A DNA stretch of 64,000 nt from Candidatus Binataceae bacterium (GTDB lineage: Bacteria; Desulfobacterota; Binatia; Binatales; Binataceae), in contig DATKSQ010000092.1 in NCBI GenBank assembly GCA_035531615.1, forward strand, positions 4,220-68,219. Reading direction: 5' to 3'. Below are positions 47,915 to 57,562 of this stretch, one piece after another. The stretch's first letter is position 1. Each line of letters begins with the position of its first letter. The position numbers and the translations under genes were made by a program. The notes under the pieces were generated by a model. The model was not told the DNA's origin and made no database searches. It saw only the letters and a list, made by a program, of their open reading frames with translations.

Positions 47915-48010
47915 CGGGATCTCCTTGTGCGCCGCGCGCGGGTGCGCGCGTGCGGTAATCGTTGTCAGGTTAAAGTAGGACCGGCTAAAACCGCAAGCGC
48001 GCCTGCACGG

Positions 48011-50380
48011 TCAAAGATGGACGCGGCGCAGCCGCAGCGCGTTGCCGATCACCGATACTGAACTCAGGCTCATCGCGGCGCTCGCGATAATCGGGCTCAG
48101 CAGCAATCCGAAAAACGGGTACAGCACGCCGGCCGCGATCGGCACGCCGAGCAGATTGTAGATGAACGCGAAAAACAGATTCTGCCGGATATTGCGCATG
48201 GTCGCGCGCGACAGCCGCCGCGCCTTGACGATCCCGCGCAGATCGCCGCGCACCAGCGTCACCCCGGCGCTCTCGATCGCGACATCGGTTCCGGTCCCCA
48301 TCGCGATTCCGACCTGCGCCTGTGCGAGCGCCGGCGCGTCGTTGATGCCGTCGCCCGCCATCGCTACGACGTGCCCTTCGGATTGAAGGCGTTTGACCTC
48401 GGCGGCCTTATCGTTGGGCAGCACCTCGGCGCGGAACTCATCGACACCGGCTTTCGACGCGACCACCGCCGCGGTCGCGCTATTGTCACCGGTCAGCATG
48501 ACGACCCGCAGTCCTTCGCGCTGGAGCGCGCGTACGGCATCCGCGGCCGACGGCTTGAGCGGATCGGCGGCGCCGATCGCGCCAGCGGGTCGTCCGTCGA
48601 GCGCGACCATCATCACCGTCTCACCGTCGCGGCGAAGTTCGGCCACGCGCGCCTCGAGCACGGCGGCGTCGAGCCCGAGCTCCGCGAACAGCGAAGGGTT
48701 CCCGAGCGCGACGCTGCGCCCGGCGACCGTGCCGGTAACGCCCATTCCGGCGATCGCGCGAAATTCCGCGACGCTTTCGAGCGTTAGCCCGCGCTCCGAT
48801 GCGGCGGCGACGATCGCGGCGGCAAGCGGATGCTCGCTTGCGCGTTCGAGGCTCGCGGCGAGCCGCAGCATTTCGCCTTCGCCGGCTTTTCCGTCCGGTC
48901 CAATAGTGATCAGATGAGCAACTCGCGGATGGCCCTCGGTCAGCGTGCCGGTCTTGTCGATCAGGAGCGTATCGACCCGCTCGAGCGTTTCGAGCGCTTC
49001 GGCGTTGCGCACCAGCACGCCTTCGGATGCGCCGCGGCCGGTCCCCACCATGATTGCCATGGGAGTGGCGAGTCCAAGAGCGCATGGGCAGGCGATAATC
49101 AGCACTGCGACCGAGTTCACGATCGCGTGGCCCAGGCCGAAGCCGGCGGCCAGCCATACGAAGAAGGTAACCACCGCGACCGCGGCCACAATCGGTACGA
49201 AGTACGCCGCGACGCGATCGGCCAGGCGCTGGATAGGAGCGCGGCTGCGCTGCGCCGACGCGACCATCTGCACGATCTGCGCGAGCAGAGTTTCGGCGCC
49301 GACCCGCTCAGCGCGCATCACGAAGCTGCCGGTCCCATTCACGGTGGCGCCAATCGCGCGGTCGCCGGGATGCTTCTCGACCGGGATCGGCTCGCCGGTC
49401 ACCATCGATTCGTCCACCGCGCTTTGACCCTCGAGCACGCTTCCATCGACCGGAACCTTTTCGCCGGGGCGCACGCGCAGGCGGTCGCCCGGATGGATTT
49501 GATCCAGTGGCAGGTCGGCTTCGGAGCCGTCGCTGGAAACGCGCCGCGCGGTCCGCGGCGCCAGATCGAGCAGGGCGCGAATTGCGCCGCTGGCGCGGCC
49601 GCGCGCGCCCAGCTCGAGCACCTGCCCGAGCAGGACCAGCACTGTGATCGACGCCGCCGCTTCATAGTAGGTGGGAACCAATCCGTGCGCGTCGCGCATC
49701 GCGGCGGGGAACCATCGCGGAAAAACGCTGGCGATAACGCTGTAGCCGTACGCCACGCCGACTCCGCTCGAAATCAACGTGAACATGTTGAGATTCATGC
49801 TCCGCAGCGAAGCGTAGCCGCGCTGGAAAAACACCGCGCCCGCCCACAGCACAACCGGCGTCGCCAGCGCCAGCATCAGCCACTGCGCGGTCGCCATCGT
49901 AACGACGGCCCCGACCCACGCCTCGGGCAGCATCCCGAGCGCGAGAATCGGGACGGTCAACGCGAGCGCGATCCAGAAACGGATCGTCATGTAGGCAAGT
50001 TCGGGGTTCGCTTCTTCGACACCGGCCAGCGCAGATACCGGCTCGAGCGCCATCCCGCAAATCGGGCAGGCGCCCGGCGCGGCGCGGATGATCTCGGGAT
50101 GCATCGGGCAGGTGTATTGCGAGCCGGCCGGCGCCGCCGCGGCCATCGCGGCCGAGCGCTCCGCGGCGGAGGCGCCTGCGTCGGCAAGAAATTTATCCGG
50201 GTTGGCCTTGAACAGCGCGACGCACTTGTCGTTGCAGAAATAATAGGAAACGCCGCCATGCACGACCAGGCGATCGGTCGCGGCGCTATCGACTTCCATC
50301 CCGCACACCGGATCGATCGCGATCGCAGCAGCGGAGGCGGCGTCGCCGTCGTGATGATGCCCGTGATGCGTGTCATCCAT
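48011..50380 (-). CDS. copA: Cu(I)-translocating P1B ATPase with YHS and heavy-metal-binding domains
   Basis: DPVCGM, YTCPMHP, TGE, CPC, DKTGT, GDGIND, YN, MSLSS. Confidence 0.93.
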   Translation of the reverse strand: MDDTHHGHHHDGDAASAAAIAIDPVCGMEVDSAATDRLVVHGGVSYYFCNDKCVALFKANPDKFLADAGASAAERSAAMAAAAPAGSQYTCPMHPEIIRAAPGACPICGMALEPVSALAGVEEANPELAYMTIRFWIALALTVPILALGMLPEAWVGAVVTMATAQWLMLALATPVVLWAGAVFFQRGYASLRSMNLNMFTLISSGVGVAYGYSVIASVFPRWFPAAMRDAHGLVPTYYEAAASITVLVLLGQVLELGARGRASGAIRALLDLAPRTARRVSSDGSEADLPLDQIHPGDRLRVRPGEKVPVDGSVLEGQSAVDESMVTGEPIPVEKHPGDRAIGATVNGTGSFVMRAERVGAETLLAQIVQMVASAQRSRAPIQRLADRVAAYFVPIVAAVAVVTFFVWLAAGFGLGHAIVNSVAVLIIACPCALGLATPMAIMVGTGRGASEGVLVRNAEALETLERVDTLLIDKTGTLTEGHPRVAHLITIGPDGKAGEGEMLRLAASLERASEHPLAAAIVAAASERGLTLESVAEFRAIAGMGVTGTVAGRSVALGNPSLFAELGLDAAVLEARVAELRRDGETVMMVALDGRPAGAIGAADPLKPSAADAVRALQREGLRVVMLTGDNSATAAVVASKAGVDEFRAEVLPNDKAAEVKRLQSEGHVVAMAGDGINDAPALAQAQVGIAMGTGTDVAIESAGVTLVRGDLRGIVKARRLSRATMRNIRQNLFFAFIYNLLGVPIAAGVLYPFFGLLLSPIIASAAMSLSSVSVIGNALRLRRVHL

Positions 50381-50422
50381 TGCCGAAACCTCAGCGGAAG
50401 TTGCCGCGTTCCCGGCTACCAT

Positions 50423-50441
50423 GATACTCTGGGGGAGTATC
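50423..50441. promoter_or_regulatory. CsoR/RcnR-type operator
   Basis: GATACTC-TGGGG-GAGTATC, a perfect 7-bp inverted repeat around a G-tract between divergent copA and csoR. Confidence 0.85.
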
Positions 50442-50461
50442 TGACGAAAGGGAAATCACCC

Positions 50462-50782
50462 ATGCCCGAATCGAGCGCGCCGCCAGGCCGGCGAGCCAAA
50501 ACCAAATCCCAGCCGCGGCCCACGACGCTGGTGCGCGAGCTGACCGCGCGGCTTGAGCGCGCCGAGGGCCAGTTGCGCGGCATCAAGCGCATGATCGGCG
50601 CGAACGCCTACTGTATCGACGTGCTGCAGCAGGTCTCGGCCGTCCGCCGCGCGCTCGACCGGCTCGCGCTGATGATAGTCCGCGATCATCTCGAAAGCTG
50701 CGTGAGCGACGCGATCATGCGCCGCGGCGCGCCGGCGAAAATCAAAGAGCTGGTCGATACGCTGGATCGGTTCCTGGCGTGA
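50462..50782 (+). CDS. csoR: CsoR-family copper-sensing repressor
   Basis: RLERAEGQLRGIKRMI, YCIDVLQQ, HLESC (Cys/His/Cys ligands); it is the 3' end of track ORF 48830..50782. Confidence 0.92.
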   Translation: MPESSAPPGRRAKTKSQPRPTTLVRELTARLERAEGQLRGIKRMIGANAYCIDVLQQVSAVRRALDRLALMIVRDHLESCVSDAIMRRGAPAKIKELVDTLDRFLA

Positions 50783-51762
50783 GCACCGCCGCCATGATTG
50801 CGCGCGAACGCGTGCGCGGACCGCGCTCGCGGCTCGGCGCGGAGCTGGCCGCGCTGATTTACATCGCGCTGGTGGCCGAGGTGGCGACCGCGACCGGCGC
50901 GTTTTACGTGATGTTTCCGGAGCTCGGCGCGCTGTCGCACGACGTTCTCACCCGCCCCAACGGACGCTGGGCGCGCGCGCCAATCGCGTTGATGGCGACC
51001 CCGGCGCTGACCGCGATCATCGGAATATTCGTCACCCGTGCGATGCCCTATGGTTTCCTTTCCGTGATGCTTACGGTGGGCGGCGCATTGATTGTGATCT
51101 TCGCGATCCGCTCGCCGATCGCACCGGCGATTTCGGCGGGACTGCTGCCGCTGGTGCTGGGAGTAAAAAGCTGGTGGTACCCGCCCGGCGTGCTGTTCGG
51201 CACGGTATTGTTGGCGGCGCTGTCGGTGGGCTGGAAAAGTTTGGGCGGGAGCGGAGCCGAAGCGCCATCGGAAAGCGCGCGCGACGACAACCTGTCCGCG
51301 GACGCGCTCGAGGCCTCACCGGCGGGCTACGGATGGATCGGTGCGCTGATGATCTTCGTGGCGCTCGCGACGATAGTGGCGACCGTGACCGGCCTGCGAT
51401 TCATCCTGTTTCCGCCGCTGGTGGTGATCGGCTACGAGATGCTCGGGCATCCGGATATCTGCCCGTGGGCGCGGCGCCCGCTGTCATTGCCAATCGCCTG
51501 CTTTCTGACCGCGGCGGGGGGCCTGGTGTGTGTGCGATTTTTCGGCGTGGGCGCGCCCGCGGCGGCGCTCGCGATGGCATGGGGCATCGCGGTGCTGCGC
51601 GTCTTCGATCTGCACATCCCGCCCGCGCTCGCGATCGCGCTATTGCCGATGGTGATGACCGCGCCGACGATCGCCTATCCGCTATCGGTCGGAATCGGCA
51701 CGCTGATGCTCACGGTGTGGCTTATTGCCTGGCGGCGAATCACGATCGTGGATGCCGGATAG
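50779..51762 (+). CDS. HPP-family-like membrane protein (two repeated halves)
   Basis: FPELGAL..PAISAGLLP and FPPLVVI..HIPPALAIALLP halves; GTGA overlap with csoR. Confidence 0.65.
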   Translation: MSTAAMIARERVRGPRSRLGAELAALIYIALVAEVATATGAFYVMFPELGALSHDVLTRPNGRWARAPIALMATPALTAIIGIFVTRAMPYGFLSVMLTVGGALIVIFAIRSPIAPAISAGLLPLVLGVKSWWYPPGVLFGTVLLAALSVGWKSLGGSGAEAPSESARDDNLSADALEASPAGYGWIGALMIFVALATIVATVTGLRFILFPPLVVIGYEMLGHPDICPWARRPLSLPIACFLTAAGGLVCVRFFGVGAPAAALAMAWGIAVLRVFDLHIPPALAIALLPMVMTAPTIAYPLSVGIGTLMLTVWLIAWRRITIVDAG

Positions 51763-51783
51763 CGCCGCGCGCTGAGCGCTCCG

Positions 51784-52545
51784 CTATTGCGGGACCGGGC
51801 GGAACAGAGCGCGCCATCGGGCGCGGAACCACGGCGCTCCGTCGCGCGTGCCGTGTACGCTGGCGGCGACCGCCATCGCGCCGTTTTCGATCTTGCAATC
51901 GAGAAGCGTGGTTTCATCGACGTGAAAGGTCGCGCCGTTTCCGCCCGGCTTGACGCGAAACTCGTCGAAGCCAAGCTGCGAGCGCAGCCGCGCGTAAACC
52001 CGACCGTCGGTCGCCAGCGTATCAACCCGGCCGCGGGCGTGGATGATCTTGTCGGTGGGCGCGATTCCAGTCTGGCTGAAGGTCAGTTTGAAAGGGCCGT
52101 CGCCGATCCGCTTGTAGCAAAGGCGGTAGGTTTTCGGGGTCCAGTAACCGACCTTATGCGCGCCGGGCAGCCGCTCGAGCGTGTCGAGCAGATCCACCTG
52201 CCCTTGCCAGCATCCGCGAAACACCGCCGGCAGCACCGGCGCCGATTGGGTCATCATCGCAGGCGGTAGCGCGGGCGGCGGCGCGACTGTTGGCAGTGCG
52301 GGCGGCGGTGCGGGCGCCGCGGCGGGAGTCGCCGCGGGCGCGATCTGGAGCATGTCGCCCTGCGCGGGGCGCATCGGCGCGGAAGTGGCGCGCGGATGCG
52401 GCGTGAGCTGCGGCGCGATCTGCCCGACGCCGGGAGGCTGCACCTGCATCATCGTTTGCGCAAACGCGCCGCGCGCCGCCAGCGCAAGAATCAATCCAGC
52501 CGCGGCCGTGACACGCATGATCGGTCGATTCATCTGGAGCAGCAT
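51784..52545 (-). CDS. Secreted Pro-rich hypothetical protein
   Basis: Signal peptide (AFA), Pro/Ala linker, three Cys in the C-terminal domain. Confidence 0.6.
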   Translation of the reverse strand: MLLQMNRPIMRVTAAAGLILALAARGAFAQTMMQVQPPGVGQIAPQLTPHPRATSAPMRPAQGDMLQIAPAATPAAAPAPPPALPTVAPPPALPPAMMTQSAPVLPAVFRGCWQGQVDLLDTLERLPGAHKVGYWTPKTYRLCYKRIGDGPFKLTFSQTGIAPTDKIIHARGRVDTLATDGRVYARLRSQLGFDEFRVKPGGNGATFHVDETTLLDCKIENGAMAVAASVHGTRDGAPWFRARWRALFRPVPQ

Positions 52546-52612
52546 AGCGTACGGGCGCAGCGCGGATAGACCCGCAAAGCATGCGCATATACGATTCTGA
52601 CATCCGCAACCG

Positions 52613-53314
52613 ATGGCGTCATCAATGAATGAAAAGCCCTATAACTTCGAAACGGAATGGTCCCAGTCACAGGTTCCAGCAACCGGGCGGCGCGCACAGG
52701 CGCATCGGATCGCCGGCGCGATGCGCCGCGTGATCGACCATCTGGTGCAGGTCGCGGCGCCCGAAGAGGATCTTCGAGCGGCGGCCGACGCGCTGGAAAA
52801 ATACGCCGAGCGGCTGTCCAAGTATCCCACCTCACGCGTCTATGAAGGCTTTGCGGAAGTCGCCAATGCCGGAGATACCCACGTCTTTTTCGATCATAGT
52901 CCGCTGATCGGGATGGCCAATCCGCTCGCGCCGCCAATTCGCCTGGTCGTCGCCGGCGATCGCGTCGAGGGACGCGCCACCTTCGGCGTCGCATACGAGG
53001 GTCCTCCGGGCCACGTCCACGGCGGGTGTATCGCCGCGGCGTTTGACGAGGTGCTCGGGATGGCGCAGTCGCTGACCGGGAATCCCGGCATGACCGGAAC
53101 GCTCACGGTGCGCTATCGGCGCCCGACTCCGCTGCTCAAGGAATTGGTGTTCGACGCGCGGGTGGACAGGGTCGAGGGCCGCAAGATTTTCACCCGCGGC
53201 ACGGTCTCCTGCGAAGGGCGGCTCACGGCCGAGGCCGAAGGCGTCTTTATCGCGGTGGGCCACGAGCGCTTCATGGCGATGGCGTCGGAGTTCACGCGCG
53301 ACGACGGCGTCTGA
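52613..53314 (+). CDS. PaaI/hotdog-fold thioesterase
   Basis: GPPGHVHGGCIAAAFDEVLG, TGTLTVRYRRPTP. Confidence 0.9.
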   Translation: MASSMNEKPYNFETEWSQSQVPATGRRAQAHRIAGAMRRVIDHLVQVAAPEEDLRAAADALEKYAERLSKYPTSRVYEGFAEVANAGDTHVFFDHSPLIGMANPLAPPIRLVVAGDRVEGRATFGVAYEGPPGHVHGGCIAAAFDEVLGMAQSLTGNPGMTGTLTVRYRRPTPLLKELVFDARVDRVEGRKIFTRGTVSCEGRLTAEAEGVFIAVGHERFMAMASEFTRDDGV

Positions 53315-53359
53315 ATTTATCTGGATTGATTGATCCGGATCGCCTGATATCGTGGGGGT

Positions 53360-53524
53360 ATGAAGCAAAGTTTTTCGATTTGCTCGGGCATAGCTATCGG
53401 AGCCGCGATTGGCGCTGCGATCGGTTTCACCCTCCATAATCCTGGAATCTGGATGGCAATCGGCGCGGCGGTGGGGCTTGTGGTCGGCGGAGCAGTCGGC
53501 CGCAGACGAAGCCTTAAAGTCTAA
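53360..53524 (+). CDS. 54-aa glycine-zipper membrane peptide (below track cutoff)
   Basis: MKQSFSICSGIAIGAAIGAAIGFTLHNPGIWMAIGAAVGLVVGGAVGRRRSLKV*; fills the gap and has a G-rich RBS. Confidence 0.7.
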   Translation: MKQSFSICSGIAIGAAIGAAIGFTLHNPGIWMAIGAAVGLVVGGAVGRRRSLKV

Positions 53525-55186
53525 TCAGCCGGGACGAATCAATCCCGACAGGCCGGCGAACAAAAGGGGCGTCAGGATCCATCCGGCCAGGATATGCAGC
53601 CACAGGTACCATCGCAGCAGCATCGCAGGAAGGTTGATTGCTCCCGATTTTGATGGCTGCGAATCACGCGAGCGGTGGCGCGTACGATGACGCGGGTTGG
53701 GGCACCAGAAATCGCCTTGATGAAGGTCCACCAGCGGCAAAAAATTTTCGAGCGAGTAGACCAAGGCGCTGAACGGCGGATAATGCGGCGGCGTATCGCC
53801 GGTCTCGGCGAAAGTCCGGTAGGCCGCCTGCTTGGTCGGTGTGATCACCTGGTATCGGTAGCCGGCGCCAAACAGAATCGCGCCCAGAATCACGAATCCG
53901 CCGATCCACCATAGCGCGCGCAGCGGCCGGTACCCGTAGCCGATGGTCGCCTCGAGCAGCAGATTCCACGCGCGCTCGTCCGCATCCTGATGCCCCAAGC
54001 GGCGCTGCGCCACGTGCTGGGCGATCAGCACCTCGATCGCGCCGTCGTCGCGGCCATCTTCGCGCAGCACCTTGGCGAGCTGCCGGTAGGGGCGCGGGCG
54101 GTAGCCGGGAGCTTGCAGCGCGAGCCAGCGCAGACGCTCGCCGGCGGTCGCGGGACCACCGATTATCGCGTTGTAAGCGAACCCATCGACATTCAAATTC
54201 CCGGCCGCGGGCCAGCTCTTTCGGTCGTCGTACAGCGCCTGCGCGGTGGTACCGGCGAGGTCGAGAATCGTGCCCGGAGTATGCGTGATGCCGTCCCAGT
54301 AAAGCGATCCCGCGATCTGCGCGCGCCCGGCGTCGAGGCCATTGGCGCCACCGCCCAGGAATTGCGCGCCTTTGAAGCTCAGCGATTGGCCGATTCGCGC
54401 CAGCCTGAAATCAACGACCCCATCGGTGATGAACCCTTGATCGAATTCCGCGTCGCCGCCGATACGCGCCTCTTGCGCGGAGATCGAGTCCGCGCCCGCG
54501 CCGATCACGCGCGCACCCGAGAGATCGAGGCTGCCGCCGATTTTGGCGCGGAACAGGCTGACCGACGCGTAGCGCCCAAACTGCATCTCGAGGTCGCCCT
54601 CGATCGTCGCCATATCGACGCTGACCGCGCCGGTGCGGCTGGCGCGCAAATCAAGCGTCCGCAGCTTGGAATTCGACGCGTCGATCCCGCCGGGAATATA
54701 GCATTGGAAGATCGTGATCGGTTTGCCGATCGTAAGGAATGAAAGATCCAGGAGCCCCGAGATTCGGGCGGCGGCGATTCCAAGCCCGCTCTGATCCATC
54801 AGCGCATAAGCCTGCGGGTCGCGGTACAGCCAGCGCAAGATCGCGGCGCGAACGGTGCGCTCGGGTCCCCATTTTTCGGCCTGCGTCACGTCGTTGCCGG
54901 CGGCGCCGGGGCCGGGCGCCGGACCGAGCCATTTTAGTTCGCGCTCGGGCGCGGCGCGCACCGTCATCCGTTCGGCCGCGCTCAAGGCGCCAAAACGTTC
55001 GGTCGCCAGATGCTCAAGACGTTCGGCGGCGGCCAGCGCAGGATCGCGCAGAGCCACGGGCGTTGGCGCGGCGTGCGCGAAACCCGCAATCGTGGCGCAG
55101 ATTATGGCCGTCACGACGGACCTGCGAACGATTGCGATTTTTGGACTGCGCAAAGCGGATACGCCGTCAGACGGCGGCCATCTCAA
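53525..55186 (-). CDS. Beta-helix-like repeat protein with C-terminal membrane domain
   Basis: Repeats such as LDLSGARV and LDLAGTTA; PYRQLAKVL; IGYGYRP; YSLENFLPLVDL. Confidence 0.6.
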   Translation of the reverse strand: MRWPPSDGVSALRSPKIAIVRRSVVTAIICATIAGFAHAAPTPVALRDPALAAAERLEHLATERFGALSAAERMTVRAAPERELKWLGPAPGPGAAGNDVTQAEKWGPERTVRAAILRWLYRDPQAYALMDQSGLGIAAARISGLLDLSFLTIGKPITIFQCYIPGGIDASNSKLRTLDLRASRTGAVSVDMATIEGDLEMQFGRYASVSLFRAKIGGSLDLSGARVIGAGADSISAQEARIGGDAEFDQGFITDGVVDFRLARIGQSLSFKGAQFLGGGANGLDAGRAQIAGSLYWDGITHTPGTILDLAGTTAQALYDDRKSWPAAGNLNVDGFAYNAIIGGPATAGERLRWLALQAPGYRPRPYRQLAKVLREDGRDDGAIEVLIAQHVAQRRLGHQDADERAWNLLLEATIGYGYRPLRALWWIGGFVILGAILFGAGYRYQVITPTKQAAYRTFAETGDTPPHYPPFSALVYSLENFLPLVDLHQGDFWCPNPRHRTRHRSRDSQPSKSGAINLPAMLLRWYLWLHILAGWILTPLLFAGLSGLIRPG

Positions 55187-56477
55187 GCCATCGCCGATCG
55201 AGTTTGGTGACCGGCCGCGCGCCGATATAGGCCGCTAGCGCCTGGCTGGCTTCGTCTTTGCGCCCCGCCTTGATCAGGCTCATCAAGCGCGATTCGAGAA
55301 AGACGCCGCGTTGCTCGTCGCTGCCGCCGCCGATCGCGATCTCAGGCAGAATCGGCGCAAGGAGCGCCGCCGCGCGGTCGTATTCGCCGCGCGCATACGC
55401 GACGCATCCACGCGCCTGGGCAAGACCGACTTGTCCCCACACCCGGGCGGCGTTTCCGCTCTGGCGCTCGGCATGGCGGCGCGTTTCGTCGAGCGCGCGA
55501 TCGACCTCGGCCGACTCGCCGGCGCGCTCGAGCGCGAACAGATAGATCGAGGTCAGGAACGGAAAAACCTGCTCGTGGGCTTTGGCGCGCACATGCGGCG
55601 CAATTTCGCGCCAGCGCGGCCCCACCTCGCCGCCGGCCAGCTCGATGTACCACAGCAGCAGGATCGCGTCAGTGTGCTCGACAACCGCGTCGGGCTGAAA
55701 ACCCCAGACCCGCCGGCGATACGCGTCGAGCACGCGCGCGAAATCCAGCTCGGCGCGATAGAACGTGGCCAGATGGAAGGTGTTGTGCGACTGGATGTAC
55801 TGCCCGAAGCGCCGCCAGGTTGGCGCGTAGCGCTGCATCGCCTCGATACCTTCGGCGATCCTCGCGTCGCCGGCCCATACGTGGGCCAGGCAATGCTGCG
55901 CCCACATCGTGAGGGGATCCTGTTCGAGCGCTGCGCGCGCGACCTCTTCAGCCCGCGAGCGCATCGCGTTGAGCTCGAGCGCGAAGGCGAGCATCGCTTG
56001 CGCTTGCGGCGAATCAGGGTTGGCGGGTGCGATCCGCTCCATAAAGCGGAGCTGTCGATCCGCAAGGCCGGTTTCAAAGAAATGAAATTCCGCGATTTTC
56101 GCCGCCAGCAGGTCGCGCGGCCATCGTGCCGCGATCTGTTCGTACAATTCGAGCGCGCGCGTGAAGTCGCCCTCGCATCCGGCGCCCGCGGCGTCGATAA
56201 AAATCCGTTCGCGCTCGGTCAAATCATCAATCCGCTCGCGCGCCCGCGCCAGATAGGGCAGCGCGTGGCGCGACTGCGCGGTTGATTGCGAGAGCGCGAA
56301 CAACGAGGCCGCGCACGCCTGCACCATCGCACAGTCGCGATGCGCGCCAGCAGCGGCGACGATTGCATCCATCCCGGGCTTCAGCGCGATAGCGGCATCG
56401 GCGTAACGATCGATCGCGGCGACGGCATCGTCAGAGCCGGTGGTGACTGGAAGTCCGCGGAAATCAGTTTTCATCAT
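55167..56477 (-). CDS. TTC38-like tetratricopeptide repeat protein
   Basis: WPRDLLA, MLAFALE, WAQHCLAHV, HNTFHLA, GGSDEQR. Confidence 0.8.
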   Translation of the reverse strand: MMKTDFRGLPVTTGSDDAVAAIDRYADAAIALKPGMDAIVAAAGAHRDCAMVQACAASLFALSQSTAQSRHALPYLARARERIDDLTERERIFIDAAGAGCEGDFTRALELYEQIAARWPRDLLAAKIAEFHFFETGLADRQLRFMERIAPANPDSPQAQAMLAFALELNAMRSRAEEVARAALEQDPLTMWAQHCLAHVWAGDARIAEGIEAMQRYAPTWRRFGQYIQSHNTFHLATFYRAELDFARVLDAYRRRVWGFQPDAVVEHTDAILLLWYIELAGGEVGPRWREIAPHVRAKAHEQVFPFLTSIYLFALERAGESAEVDRALDETRRHAERQSGNAARVWGQVGLAQARGCVAYARGEYDRAAALLAPILPEIAIGGGSDEQRGVFLESRLMSLIKAGRKDEASQALAAYIGARPVTKLDRRWLEMAAV

Positions 56478-56581
56478 GGCTATGGCGCGACGGCTCGCTA
56501 TGCGGTCCGCGCGGCGGGCGGTGCGCAATGTTTCGAATGTTTCGATTGCTTCGAGGATAGCCAGCGATAGGCGCATATGCT

Positions 56582-56596
56582 AGAGTTTATAACTCT
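56582..56596. promoter_or_regulatory. Palindromic operator candidate
   Basis: AGAGTT-TAT-AACTCT, an AT-rich inverted repeat between divergent genes. Confidence 0.45.
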
Positions 56597-56724
56597 GGCG
56601 GATTCTCTGGAGGCGCTCGCGCAAACACTCATGTTGGCCATCGAACGAAATAAGACGGTATCGGCCCGTGGGTGCGTGTTCCTTCCGCTTCCTGTCCATT
56701 AGGTAGCATCAGAAACCGGAATTG

Positions 56725-56767
56725 AAAGGCGACCCCGGGTGCAGCGCGCATCCAGGGCCGCCTTTTT
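56725..56767 (+). terminator. Terminator-like hairpin in the 5' leader of the ABC operon
   Basis: AAAGGCG-A-CCC-C-GGGTGC/GCATCC-A-GGG-C-CGCCTTTTT, ending 51 nt before ATG 56819. Confidence 0.65.
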
Positions 56768-56818
56768 CTGTTCGTGGCCGTCAATCCCTCACTCGATGAC
56801 AGACAGGGGACGAAAAAT

Positions 56819-57562
56819 ATGCTCGTGGAAGTAAACAATCTGACCAAGCGCTTCGGAAGTTTCACCGCGGTGGACGGCGTGAGCTTTGGGATCGAGCCCG
56901 GCGAGATTATCGGGATGCTGGGGCCTAACGGCGCGGGCAAGACCACGACGATCCACATGATTCTGGGCCTGATTACGCCCAGCGCGGGCGAGGTGCGGAT
57001 TTTCGGCCACGATATCCAGACGCATCGCGAGGAAATTCTGCAGGCGATCAACTTCACCTCGCCATACGTGGCGTTTCCGTACCGGCTGACGGTGCTCGAA
57101 AACCTGCTGGTGTTCGCGCGGCTATACAACGTGCCGCGCCGGCGCGAAAAGATTGACGAGCTGCTCGAGATGTTCGGGATCGCCGACCTGCGCGATAAAC
57201 CCGTCGTGCGGTTGTCGTCGGGCGAAAACACGCGCGTGGGGCTGGCCAAGGCGATGCTCAACGATCCGCGGCTGCTGTTGCTCGATGAGCCGACCGCGTA
57301 CCTGGACCCGGAAATCGCGTGGCAGGTGAAGGAACTGATGATGCGCGTACAGCGCGAGAACGGCACCACCATCCTGTACACCTCGCACAACATGGCCGAG
57401 GTCGAGCAGATGTGCTCAAGGATCGTGTTTCTCAATCACGGCCGCGTGATCGCGCAGGGCACTCCGATCGAAATCACGCACGCGATTCTCAAGGAAGAGC
57501 GGGACGAGCCCGCGCTCGAAGAAGTCTTCCTGCGCGTGGTGCGGGAAAGGATTAGCGCATGA
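56819..57562 (+). CDS. ABC transporter ATP-binding protein (ABC-2/DrrA-like)
   Basis: GPNGAGKTT, LSSGE, LLLDEPT, H-loop TSHNM. Confidence 0.93.
   Translation: MLVEVNNLTKRFGSFTAVDGVSFGIEPGEIIGMLGPNGAGKTTTIHMILGLITPSAGEVRIFGHDIQTHREEILQAINFTSPYVAFPYRLTVLENLLVFARLYNVPRRREKIDELLEMFGIADLRDKPVVRLSSGENTRVGLAKAMLNDPRLLLLDEPTAYLDPEIAWQVKELMMRVQRENGTTILYTSHNMAEVEQMCSRIVFLNHGRVIAQGTPIEITHAILKEERDEPALEEVFLRVVRERISA

Noticed and set aside
53346-53363. Second CsoR-like operator (ATATC-GTGGG-GGTAT)
   Set aside because: The arms are imperfect, and the G-run is more simply the RBS of the 54-aa ORF.
56660-56720. SRP RNA on the minus strand (CAGGAAGCGGAAGGAAC)
   Set aside because: Lacks the conserved domain IV pairing and the GCAGC motif.
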